The position numbers and the translations under genes were made by a program. The notes beneath the pieces were generated by a model, which did no database searches, was not told the DNA's origin, and saw only the letters and a list, made by a program, of their open reading frames with translations. Source: Thermotogota bacterium (lineage in GTDB: Bacteria; Thermotogota; Thermotogae; Petrotogales; Petrotogaceae). From it: a stretch of 20,606 nucleotides of DNA. Positions 1 to 7,751 of this stretch are shown piece after piece. The stretch's first letter is position 1. Every line of letters starts with the position of its first letter. The stretch covers positions 1 to 20,606 of the forward strand of contig JBNJGY010000040.1 in NCBI GenBank assembly GCA_051748045.1, given 5' to 3'.

Positions 1-390
1 ATTTCTTTTGCTGCTGATGGAAGTGGTTTTTTGGCTTTAGACAATAATTCTGATGGAACTATAAATGATGGAAATGAACTTTTTGGTCCTCAAACGGGTA
101 ATGGATTCGAAGAATTAGCCAAATTTGATGAAGATGGAAACGGTTGGATAGATGAGAATGATAGTGTATTTGATGAATTAAAGCTTTGGACAAAGACTTC
201 TGATGGTTCAGATGTTTTATTTTCATTGAAAGATAAAGATATTGGAGCAATTTATTTAGGTAATGTTGACTCTGAATTTTCAATAAAACGTTCAATTGAC
301 GATGCTCTTGGTGTAATAAGAAGTACTGGAATCTTTCTTAAAGAAAATGGTGGTGCTGGAACTATTCAGCATATTGATTTATATACCTAA
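1..390 (+). CDS. Conserved hypothetical protein with DxDxDG-type Ca-binding loops (5'-truncated by window)
   Basis: Frame is open from base 1 (ISFAADGSGFLALDNNSDGTINDGNELFG...FDEDGNGWIDEND), with two Dx[D/N]xDG loops and stop TAA at 388-390. The TTG at 31 is probably internal. Confidence 0.75.
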   Translation: MSFAADGSGFLALDNNSDGTINDGNELFGPQTGNGFEELAKFDEDGNGWIDENDSVFDELKLWTKTSDGSDVLFSLKDKDIGAIYLGNVDSEFSIKRSIDDALGVIRSTGIFLKENGGAGTIQHIDLYT

Positions 391-409
391 AGATCTCCCT
401 TTTATAATC

Positions 410-437
410 GCATCCTTTTAATTGAGGATGCTTTTTT
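410..437 (+). terminator. Intrinsic terminator
   Basis: GCATCCTT-ttaatt-GAGGATGC stem (one G-U pair) followed by TTTTTT, 19 nt after the stop codon. Confidence 0.8.
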
Positions 438-448
438 ATTTTTCTTCT

Positions 449-476
449 CTTCCAACTTCCAACCTCGATCCTCCAT
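449..476. repeat. Degenerate heptamer tandem repeat (4 x CYTCSAW)
   Basis: CTTCCAA CTTCCAA CCTCGAT CCTCCAT read directly from the sequence. Confidence 0.55.
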
Positions 477-501
477 CTAAAAGAGATTTTACATTTTTTC
501 A

Positions 502-510
502 TGTTATAAT
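502..510 (+). promoter_or_regulatory. Extended -10 promoter for the GNAT/serine hydrolase pair
   Basis: TG-T-TATAAT, 34 nt upstream of ATG 545; GGGGG Shine-Dalgarno-like run at 531-535. Confidence 0.5.
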
Positions 511-544
511 TAAATGTCACAAAAATTTTAGGGGGTTTTATAAA

Positions 545-1033
545 ATGAAATTCAAAACTAAGCATACACATGAGGAAGAAGATTACAGATTTTTTCTTGT
601 AGATACTGATAAAGATCTAGAGAAGATAAATGTTTCAAGAGCTGAAATTGTAGATTTTTTATTTTTACATTTGGGGAAATACAATGATGACAAAGAGTAT
701 ATCTTAAAAGCACTTGAATATGTTTTAGGGAAGGAAAAATTTTTAAGTGGAATCATTGGTCTAATCCTTAATGAAAATAATGCTGTTGTTGGAGCAGCGG
801 TAGTTAACAATACAAACATGGAAGGGTATATACCAGAAAACATTCTTGTCTACATTGCTTTGGATAAAGAATACAGAAAAAAAGGATTAGGCAAAAAACT
901 ATTAGACCTTATGATTTATGAAAGTGATGGAGATATAGCTCTTCACGTAGATTTTGATAACAAAAGAGCGAGAAAGGTTTATAAAAAAATGGGATTTAAA
1001 GAAGCTTACATAGAAATGAGATACAAGAAATGA
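545..1033 (+). CDS. GNAT family N-acetyltransferase
   Basis: Acetyl-CoA motif A (YIALDKEYRKKGLGKKLL) and motif B (LHVDFDNKRARKVYKKMGF). ATG 545 has an RBS, whereas the track start at 422 lies inside the upstream terminator. Confidence 0.88.
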   Translation: MKFKTKHTHEEEDYRFFLVDTDKDLEKINVSRAEIVDFLFLHLGKYNDDKEYILKALEYVLGKEKFLSGIIGLILNENNAVVGAAVVNNTNMEGYIPENILVYIALDKEYRKKGLGKKLLDLMIYESDGDIALHVDFDNKRARKVYKKMGFKEAYIEMRYKK

Positions 1034-2100
1034 AAAAAATAATTTTAGTTTTATTCTTGATATATTCAACAATATTTTTTTCGCTAGACTTTATTTCTTT
1101 AGAAACAGAAGTCAGAGAGCTATTTGAAAAAAGTGATGTCCCAGGAGTATCAGTTTATATAGATTCATCATCTTTTGCTGAACCTTTTGAATTAAATCTT
1201 GGTTATGCGAATATTGAAACAAAAGAAAAGATAATATCTGGTCAACAATTTAGAGTAGGAAGTATCACCAAAAGTTTTACAGCAACAGCAATTCTTATTT
1301 TAAAGGACAAAGGGTTAATATCTTTAGACGATAAAGTATCTAAATATGTTGATATTAATGATGAGATATTAGAAAAAACAAGCATTAAAGATTTAATGAA
1401 TATGAGTAGTGCGATTAGAGGTTATATAAACGATGATCCTTTAGAAGATGGTTTTATGATGAAACATTTGGTCAATAATCCAAAAAAATTTCTTTCTCCA
1501 TTAGAACTAGTAAAACATGGTTTAAAATTAACTCACGAAAAGGAAAAAGCTCTATCCTTTCACTATTCAAATACTAATTATATTTTATTAGGAATGATTA
1601 TAGAAAATGTAACTGGAAAAAGATATGAAGATTTTATTAGAGATGAAATAATTAAACCTCTTAAACTTGATTCTACTATAGTTCCAGATGATTACAAATC
1701 AAAAGAAAATTTAGCTAGAGGTTATCAAGATTTAGATTTTGGTTTTAATGATTATACAGAAATACATCCAAGTTATGTTTGGAGTGCAGGAGCAATAATA
1801 TCAAATTCAAAAGATATTTCTAATTGGATAAGATCTGCTTATTTAGGTGTTCTTTTAGATGAAAAAACTAGAAAATACTTGTACTATGGTAATGAATTAG
1901 CTGAAAATGTTTATTATACTGCTGGATTATTAAAAGAACCTCGGAGAACTTGGCACAATGGAGAAGTGATTGGGTATCTTTCTTTTGCAGTTTATTATCC
2001 TAAAGATGATATTTCAGTAGCAGTTTTAACTAACGGAAAAACAGATTTTGATTTAAAAGAAAAAATAATTCAAATAATTGAAGATGAAATTATTAATTAA
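1030..2100 (+). CDS. Secreted serine hydrolase, beta-lactamase class C / D-Ala-D-Ala peptidase family
   Basis: Signal peptide MKKIILVLFLIYSTIFFS; SxxK (FRVGSITK), YxN (FHYSNTNY), AGAIIS and HNG motifs; ATGA overlap with the GNAT gene. Confidence 0.9.
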   Translation: MKKIILVLFLIYSTIFFSLDFISLETEVRELFEKSDVPGVSVYIDSSSFAEPFELNLGYANIETKEKIISGQQFRVGSITKSFTATAILILKDKGLISLDDKVSKYVDINDEILEKTSIKDLMNMSSAIRGYINDDPLEDGFMMKHLVNNPKKFLSPLELVKHGLKLTHEKEKALSFHYSNTNYILLGMIIENVTGKRYEDFIRDEIIKPLKLDSTIVPDDYKSKENLARGYQDLDFGFNDYTEIHPSYVWSAGAIISNSKDISNWIRSAYLGVLLDEKTRKYLYYGNELAENVYYTAGLLKEPRRTWHNGEVIGYLSFAVYYPKDDISVAVLTNGKTDFDLKEKIIQIIEDEIIN

Positions 2101-2128
2101 GAGGCTTTTCTAAAAGTCTCTTTTTTTT
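2101..2128 (+). terminator. Intrinsic terminator
   Basis: GAGGCTTTT-ct-AAAAGTCTC followed by T8, immediately after the stop codon. Confidence 0.75.
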
Positions 2129-2222
2129 ATATTTCTTTATTTTTCTGAATAAATTATTAAACTAATAAAACTATAATTATATTGAAATTAAAGAAAAGTG
2201 AAAAAGATTACAAAATTATACA

Positions 2223-2236
2223 TTGGGTGCACCCAA
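2223..2236. promoter_or_regulatory. Perfect 14-bp palindrome, candidate operator
   Basis: TTGGGTGCACCCAA: a GC-rich dyad in very AT-rich intergenic DNA, 41 nt upstream of a -35 box. Confidence 0.5.
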
Positions 2237-2277
2237 CTATTAATTGAAGTTTTACATAAATAAGTATATTTTTACTA

Positions 2278-2308
2278 TTGACATAAGGTTGACTCAAGGA
2301 TTTATAAT
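2278..2308 (+). promoter_or_regulatory. Sigma70-type promoter with 19-bp spacer (MerR-like geometry)
   Basis: Perfect TTGACA (2278-2283) and TATAAT (2303-2308) separated by 19 nt, with a TTGA-C-TCAA dyad at 2289-2297. Confidence 0.6.
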
Positions 2309-2378
2309 TAAGATGAAAATAATTGATAGTTGTTAAATATATTATTCGAATTGCCAAAAAAATATAGGAGGGATTGAA

Positions 2379-2492
2379 ATGTTTAAAAAATCAAGTAAAA
2401 AAGAAATGAAAAAAGCATTAAATTACAAGGGTGCTCAAGAAGAACTTTACAGCAAACATTCTAGACTAGTTTTAGATTTAATCGTATTTTAA
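2379..2492 (+). CDS. Small protein, 37 aa (MFKKSSKKEMKKALNYKGAQEELYSKHSRLVLDLIVF), unknown function
   Basis: Perfect AGGAGG at 2366-2371, 7 nt before the ATG; lies downstream of a consensus promoter; not in the ORF track. Confidence 0.65.
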   Translation: MFKKSSKKEMKKALNYKGAQEELYSKHSRLVLDLIVF

Positions 2493-2520
2493 GAATCTTT
2501 TAAAAAAGAGGGTGGTTGAA

Positions 2521-2598
2521 ATGACTAGACAAAAAATCAAAAATGATATTTATGAAATTGAAGAAAAAGAAGTAATTAATAATATCAAAAAATACTAA
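2521..2598 (+). CDS. Small protein, 25 aa (MTRQKIKNDIYEIEEKEVINNIKKY), unknown function
   Basis: GAGGGTGG SD-like sequence at 2508-2515, ATG at 2521, TAA at 2596-2598 directly followed by a terminator. Confidence 0.55.
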   Translation: MTRQKIKNDIYEIEEKEVINNIKKY

Positions 2599-2601
2599 TT
2601 C

Positions 2602-2631
2602 AAACAGGCCTAATTCAGGCCTGTTTTTTTT
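2602..2631. terminator. Intrinsic terminator, probably bidirectional
   Basis: AAACAGGCCT-aattc-AGGCCTGTTT followed by a T run, between convergent ORFs. The longer U-tract is on the + strand, which supports + transcription of the small ORFs. Confidence 0.85.
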
Positions 2632-2632
2632 A

Positions 2633-3292
2633 TCACAAATTAAAATGTTTAACTACATCATTATATCTTTTTTCTAAATCGTTATTTTTTGTGTCTCTCA
2701 CAAAACATTTAAAACCACTATTTAAAAGATACTCATAATTTTCTTTACTATTTATTTTTTCTATACAAGCTCTGTAATTTTTCATGGTTTTTTCAGGATT
2801 TTCTGATTTATTAATTTGTTCTAAAAGAAATTGCTTTTCAGGATCACTTCTATCAAAAAAATTCTCAACTGACATAGATTGTGGAGATAATAATAAAGCT
2901 ACGTGATCATAATCAGAAATCTCCATTAAAATATCTACTGGAATATTAGTATCTACAATTACTTTTTGATTTTTTGAAATACTAATTAACTCTGTCACCT
3001 CAAATTGAGACCCTTCTCTTGCTGTATTTACTATCCAATCATTGTATTCATCTGGAGTCCTGGATATAAATTCTTGCCAACCCTCCATTGTTTGAAAATA
3101 ACACATGTTTGGAAATTTCTCTGGAGTTGCAATTTTCAGAAAATCTCCCAGCTTATAATTTTCTTCACAATGATACAAACCTAAACGTTCTGAAATCATC
3201 TTACAAATTGTAGACTTACCTGCATAAGCTGTTCCATTAATAAAATATACATTTTTCAGGTATTCTTTAATAATTGTGTTATCAATATTCAC
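2633..3292 (-). CDS. P-loop nucleotide/small-molecule kinase-like protein
   Basis: N-terminal Walker A (FINGTAYAGKST) after a hydrophobic strand, and VIVD Walker B-like strand. GTG 3292 is preferred because AAGGGG abuts ATG 3301 with no spacer; 3301 remains an alternative start. Confidence 0.7.
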   Translation of the reverse strand: MNIDNTIIKEYLKNVYFINGTAYAGKSTICKMISERLGLYHCEENYKLGDFLKIATPEKFPNMCYFQTMEGWQEFISRTPDEYNDWIVNTAREGSQFEVTELISISKNQKVIVDTNIPVDILMEISDYDHVALLLSPQSMSVENFFDRSDPEKQFLLEQINKSENPEKTMKNYRACIEKINSKENYEYLLNSGFKCFVRDTKNNDLEKRYNDVVKHFNL

Positions 3293-3422
3293 TTTTACCA
3301 TCCCCTTTTCTTAATATCCATCGGTTAATTATAACAAATATGTTTATATGATATCGTTACTTTTGTAACTTAATTATTAGATTCAATATTGATATTATTT
3401 ATAAAAAAGGGGATGAGAAATT

Positions 3423-5132
3423 ATGAAAAAAGTATTAACTATAACACTTTTAGTTTTGATAAGTATTAATTTGTTTTCTGGAATTTTTGATAACAATTTA
3501 ATCGAAAAAGCAAATGATGCTAAAATTGAAGGGGATTTTGAAAAATCTTACAGATACTATATTAAAGCCATAGAAGATGAAGACCTAAAAACATATGAAA
3601 AATCAGAAGCATACAATGATTTAATCGAAATTTATAATTTAGTTATGAATAATTTAAATATTAAAATACATCAGAGAGGAACCAGCGCTTCATACTCTCA
3701 TAATGATATAGAAAATTATGATATTTTTGATTTAGATTTAGAAAAAACTCTATTAGATTTAGCTAATTTAGATATTAACTCTCATTCAAGTATAGAATCA
3801 TATTTATATTTGGGAGAATATTATTATTTGAAAAATGATTTTTCAAAGTCTATTGATTATTTAGAAAAATATCTAGATTATGATGAAATCACTAAAGAAT
3901 CAATTGCATATTTATATATAATTTATAACAACCTAAAAATGAGTAATTTTGAAAATGCTATGAATATTTATGAAAATAATAAAGATGTCTTTTACGATAA
4001 AAAACCTATTTTATTGGAGATTTATTTTCATAGTGGTGAATATGAAGAGGCTCTAGAATTGCTAGAAACTATCAATAAAGATAAACTTTATTCTATAAAT
4101 ATTAATAAATCATTAATAGAAAGTGTAAAAGAAAATGAATTCAACCGAGGTAATTTACAAGGTCATATTTCCTACAATAAAAAACCAATAGAAAATATAA
4201 AAATATGGGCAATACCTTTCCATGAAAATGGATATATAAATAATTACGATTACCATATTAATGGATTAGAAGTAGATAATTATAGATTTTATGCTCATAC
4301 AGATAAAAATGGATTTTTTTCTTTTAATAACCTTCCAGGAGGATATTATACTTATTTTGTGGAATTCAACGCAAAACAATCATCAAAATATTTTAAAAAT
4401 GCTTTTGTGGAAAAATCAGATGAAGATATTGTTATTGATGGTAATACTATAAAAAATTATGATATAAAAATAAAAAATACTTTTGATATAGATAGAATTA
4501 AAGTAGATAAAGAAAACAATGTGTATTTAAAATGGGAAGATGTAGAGAATGCGTCATATTACAAAATTACTCTAGGAGAAAAGATCATAAAAGAAAATGG
4601 TCAATCGGAAAGTCAATTCCAGTTATATAATAATGAAAAAATTGAAGATACAAAGTATACAATAAATGTAGAAGAATTTTATAAATCCAATTTTGGATCA
4701 TTAACCTATGGTTCTGATGAAAACATTGAAACTGAATCATTAGTTCCTTATACATGGATTGAAAATCCATTTTTAGTAGTAAATGCATATAATGAAAAAG
4801 ATGAAATTATTAATAGCTCTTACCCGTTAAGTACAATAGTTTTTGACAAAAGTTCAGGAAACACCTCTTTTAATATAAGCGAGGAACATAGAAAAATTAG
4901 AAATCTTTTGGATAACAAAAATTATGATGAAGCTGTCGCTGAAGCTGAAATTCATTTGGAAGAAAATCCAAATGATATTGAGACAATTATTTTTCTTGCA
5001 AAAATTCATAAATATGGAACTTCTGCAATAGATGAAAATAATTCTATAAAATCAAGTAAAAAGTCTAACTATTATTTTAGTTTGCTTTTTGAATTAACTA
5101 ACGACCCTATATATAAAAATTATATTCATTAA
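3423..5132 (+). CDS. Secreted TPR-repeat protein with a central beta-sandwich (carboxypeptidase-regulatory-like / FN3-like) region
   Basis: Signal peptide; TPR-like helices (YLYLGEYYYLKNDFSKSIDYLEKYL); GNLQGHI...HTDKNGFFSFNNLPGGYY prealbumin-like pattern; LKWEDVENASYYKI FN3-like strand; C-terminal TPR; RBS AAGGGG. Confidence 0.7.
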   Translation: MKKVLTITLLVLISINLFSGIFDNNLIEKANDAKIEGDFEKSYRYYIKAIEDEDLKTYEKSEAYNDLIEIYNLVMNNLNIKIHQRGTSASYSHNDIENYDIFDLDLEKTLLDLANLDINSHSSIESYLYLGEYYYLKNDFSKSIDYLEKYLDYDEITKESIAYLYIIYNNLKMSNFENAMNIYENNKDVFYDKKPILLEIYFHSGEYEEALELLETINKDKLYSININKSLIESVKENEFNRGNLQGHISYNKKPIENIKIWAIPFHENGYINNYDYHINGLEVDNYRFYAHTDKNGFFSFNNLPGGYYTYFVEFNAKQSSKYFKNAFVEKSDEDIVIDGNTIKNYDIKIKNTFDIDRIKVDKENNVYLKWEDVENASYYKITLGEKIIKENGQSESQFQLYNNEKIEDTKYTINVEEFYKSNFGSLTYGSDENIETESLVPYTWIENPFLVVNAYNEKDEIINSSYPLSTIVFDKSSGNTSFNISEEHRKIRNLLDNKNYDEAVAEAEIHLEENPNDIETIIFLAKIHKYGTSAIDENNSIKSSKKSNYYFSLLFELTNDPIYKNYIH

Positions 5133-5133
5133 T

Positions 5134-5157
5134 AAAAACCTGCGAAAGCAGGTTTTT
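5134..5157. terminator. Bidirectional intrinsic terminator
   Basis: AAAAACCTGC-GAAA-GCAGGTTTTT between convergent genes. Confidence 0.9.
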
Positions 5158-7654
5158 AAAATAATTTCAAATTTTTGTTTTTTGTGATTATTCCAAGTTC
5201 ATATCTAACTTTTTGGATTATTTTAATTGTTTCAGAAAATTGTTCCAGTCTAGTTAATATGTTTTTTTCGAATATAGTTAAATAGTCTATTTCAATAATA
5301 TCTTTCTCAATTAACTCTTTTAATTTTTCAACATGTTCATATTCTATAGCAAGTGATGCTTTTAATTCCAAATTATTTTTCGGTGTTATATTGAAAACAT
5401 CTGATACAATTTTGAAAGTTTTTGGATCTTTAAATATAACAGGATAATAAAGCACGCTGTCATTTAATGTATATTCAAATCCAAATAATTTTTGCATGAC
5501 TATTATTGCTCTGACTTGATTGGGAATCATTTTATATTTATTGAAATTCCTTTTTGTTATGTTTTTAAAGATAGCTATATCTTCTAATTTTAATTTTTTA
5601 ATTTCATTATATGAATTCAAAAGATATTCTTTTTTTATTTCATCTTTTAAAGCATATATGAATAATTCTGATAATATCTTTTTGATAGATGCAGGAGTAT
5701 CTTTTCTTACAACTTCAACTCCATGAGTTATTATTTTATCTTCATAATCTATTCCAAAATATCTTTTTTTAACTCCAAAAAATTTAACTTTTTTAAATAG
5801 CTTATCTACGTCTACAGCTAGTGTTGTTCTATCTTTAATTTTATCTGTGGTGGAATATTTTGTCGGTAATTCTTCAGCGATAATATTGTTAATATGTTTT
5901 GCTAAATATTCAGCTATTTTTAGAATAATTTTTTTATTTGATTTTATTTCACTTTTTATTTTTATGTGGTCAAAAGAGCTATCCGTATCAGAATAAATTA
6001 CTTCAGTTTCAAAATGTATTTTTTGATTTTCTATTTTTACTTTAAAATCTGTTTTATTTAGTTTTTTATTTAAATATCTAAGGGCATTTCTAGATGCTGT
6101 TGTTATCGCGGATGAGCATCTTTTATCATGCAAAGGAAATCTAGCAGTTCCAATTACACCATACATGGAATTTAAAAGAATTTTATAGTTAAGCTGTTTT
6201 ATGTCATATTTTATTTTTTCTGAACTATTAACTTTTGCTTCTTTTGCCATCTTTTTGTATTTTAATCTTTCCGCTAACAAGAAGTTTATCATTCTTGGAA
6301 ATATTCCTTCTTTTTCTAGAGTAAATTTTACAGATTCATTTTTATCTTCTCCTTTATACATTTCTGTTAAATCCACATAATTTATTGGGTTTATATTTTT
6401 GCTTTCAATTAGAGTCTCGGGAGATATGTTATAAGTTACTATAATATTTGGATACAAAGACGCGTAATCTAACACAACTACATCATTATATGTTTTGTCT
6501 TCTGGCTGTAAAACTATAGCCCCCTCAACATCTACTGGATCATTTTTTGTCTCGGCATTATCTTGGACAGTAACCTTTTCTTCAAATAGAAATTGATTTA
6601 AAAAATGTTCTATGGCTATTGAATTTGCCATTAAATAATTAACCGGAATTTTTATTACTGCTTGTAATCCGTATAATAAATTTAAAAGATTAAGTTTTTG
6701 TTCTAACTCAACAAGTATTTCAACATCTCTAATCGCATAATCAATAAACCTTTTAAAATCTTTTCTATAATTAAAAAAACCTTTTTCTTCTGTTTTACCT
6801 TTTAAATCATGAAATTTTGCAACTGTAGATAATTTAAAAGATGTAGGTTGTGTAAAAACATATTTTTTGTAGAGTTCTAAATAATCAACAAGGTCAATAC
6901 CAGGAATGTAATTTTTTGTTATCTTTCTTCCACCTATATCCAAGGTTTTTGAATTAGAATATAACCCTGGTATGACCGATAGTTCAATTTTGTAATTTTT
7001 TGCTCTGTTTATTATATAAGGAATATCATAACCTTCAGAGTACCAACCAGATATTACATCTGGTTTTTTAGATTTTAATAATTTATTGAAACACTTCATT
7101 AATTCTAATTCATTTTTTACAAAAATATAGTTTTCATTATAATCTCTCGTTTCAGCTGTTTCATATGGGATTGTAATAATTGAATAATATTTTCCTTCGT
7201 CAGAATCAAAAATTGTAATAGATATAATTTCACCATTAAAAATATTTTGACTTTTCTTCTCTATTACTTCGATATCTAAAAACCATAATTTCTTTTCTGA
7301 GAAATCTTCCACAACTTCATAGGGGAAAATATTTAGCATAGAAGTTCCATAAGTTTTTAGCCCATTAGATTTCATTGAATCAATTATCTGTTTATATTTA
7401 TAATAATTCATTTTAGAATTGAATTCTGTTTTTACTATTTGTTTACCAAAAACATCTTTCCAATTGTCTTCTACTTTTTTAATAAATTTTTTATCAATTT
7501 TTAGACTATATAATATTTTTCTCATTTTATTTATATCCTTTTTATCAAAAAAGAGCTGGAAATTATTTTTTAGTTTTTTTATATCATTTTCATTTTCTTT
7601 TTTATAATAAAATGATTTATCTAGTTGATTCTGCCAAAAAGATTTTACCTTCAT
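5156..7654 (-). CDS. polB: Family B DNA polymerase with 3'-5' exonuclease domain
   Basis: ExoI FLDIEV, ExoII GWYSEGYDIPYI, ExoIII YAIRDV; polymerase motif A DYASLYP, motif B KILLNSMYG, motif C YSDTDS, and KKRY. ATG 7654 is preceded by GGAGGTGG. Confidence 0.93.
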   Translation of the reverse strand: MKVKSFWQNQLDKSFYYKKENENDIKKLKNNFQLFFDKKDINKMRKILYSLKIDKKFIKKVEDNWKDVFGKQIVKTEFNSKMNYYKYKQIIDSMKSNGLKTYGTSMLNIFPYEVVEDFSEKKLWFLDIEVIEKKSQNIFNGEIISITIFDSDEGKYYSIITIPYETAETRDYNENYIFVKNELELMKCFNKLLKSKKPDVISGWYSEGYDIPYIINRAKNYKIELSVIPGLYSNSKTLDIGGRKITKNYIPGIDLVDYLELYKKYVFTQPTSFKLSTVAKFHDLKGKTEEKGFFNYRKDFKRFIDYAIRDVEILVELEQKLNLLNLLYGLQAVIKIPVNYLMANSIAIEHFLNQFLFEEKVTVQDNAETKNDPVDVEGAIVLQPEDKTYNDVVVLDYASLYPNIIVTYNISPETLIESKNINPINYVDLTEMYKGEDKNESVKFTLEKEGIFPRMINFLLAERLKYKKMAKEAKVNSSEKIKYDIKQLNYKILLNSMYGVIGTARFPLHDKRCSSAITTASRNALRYLNKKLNKTDFKVKIENQKIHFETEVIYSDTDSSFDHIKIKSEIKSNKKIILKIAEYLAKHINNIIAEELPTKYSTTDKIKDRTTLAVDVDKLFKKVKFFGVKKRYFGIDYEDKIITHGVEVVRKDTPASIKKILSELFIYALKDEIKKEYLLNSYNEIKKLKLEDIAIFKNITKRNFNKYKMIPNQVRAIIVMQKLFGFEYTLNDSVLYYPVIFKDPKTFKIVSDVFNITPKNNLELKASLAIEYEHVEKLKELIEKDIIEIDYLTIFEKNILTRLEQFSETIKIIQKVRYELGIITKNKNLKLF

Positions 7655-7751
7655 TATTTCCACCTCCAATTTATTATAACCCAAGCTTTTATATTTATAA
7701 AAATATGTTAAATTTAATGTATAATAAAACCATAAAGGGGGAAACTACTCT

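Noticed and set aside
422-544. Longer N-terminus of the GNAT ORF given in the track
   Set aside because: It starts inside a terminator, lacks an RBS and spans the heptamer repeat and promoter. ATG 545 has an RBS.
59-843. Minus-strand ORFs 59-295, 362-571 and 583-843
   Set aside because: They are antisense shadows of well-supported genes or cross terminator/repeat DNA, with no recognisable motifs.
2313-2336. Possible leaderless 7-aa ORF (MKIIDSC) at the predicted transcript start
   Set aside because: The ATG is only 4 nt from the -10 box, probably upstream of the TSS, and the ORF is too short to support.
2129-2378. Riboswitch, CRISPR array or structured ncRNA in the largest intergenic gap
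   Set aside because: No repeat-spacer periodicity and no recognisable c-di-GMP or other aptamer core; the DNA is mostly unstructured AT-rich sequence. An Rfam scan would be decisive.
5156-7654. PolB as the marker of a prophage, casposon or pipolin
   Set aside because: No integrase, Cas1, terminal repeats or virion genes in the window. The canonical KxY-type motif (KKRY) is present and the flanking genes are ordinary chromosomal genes.
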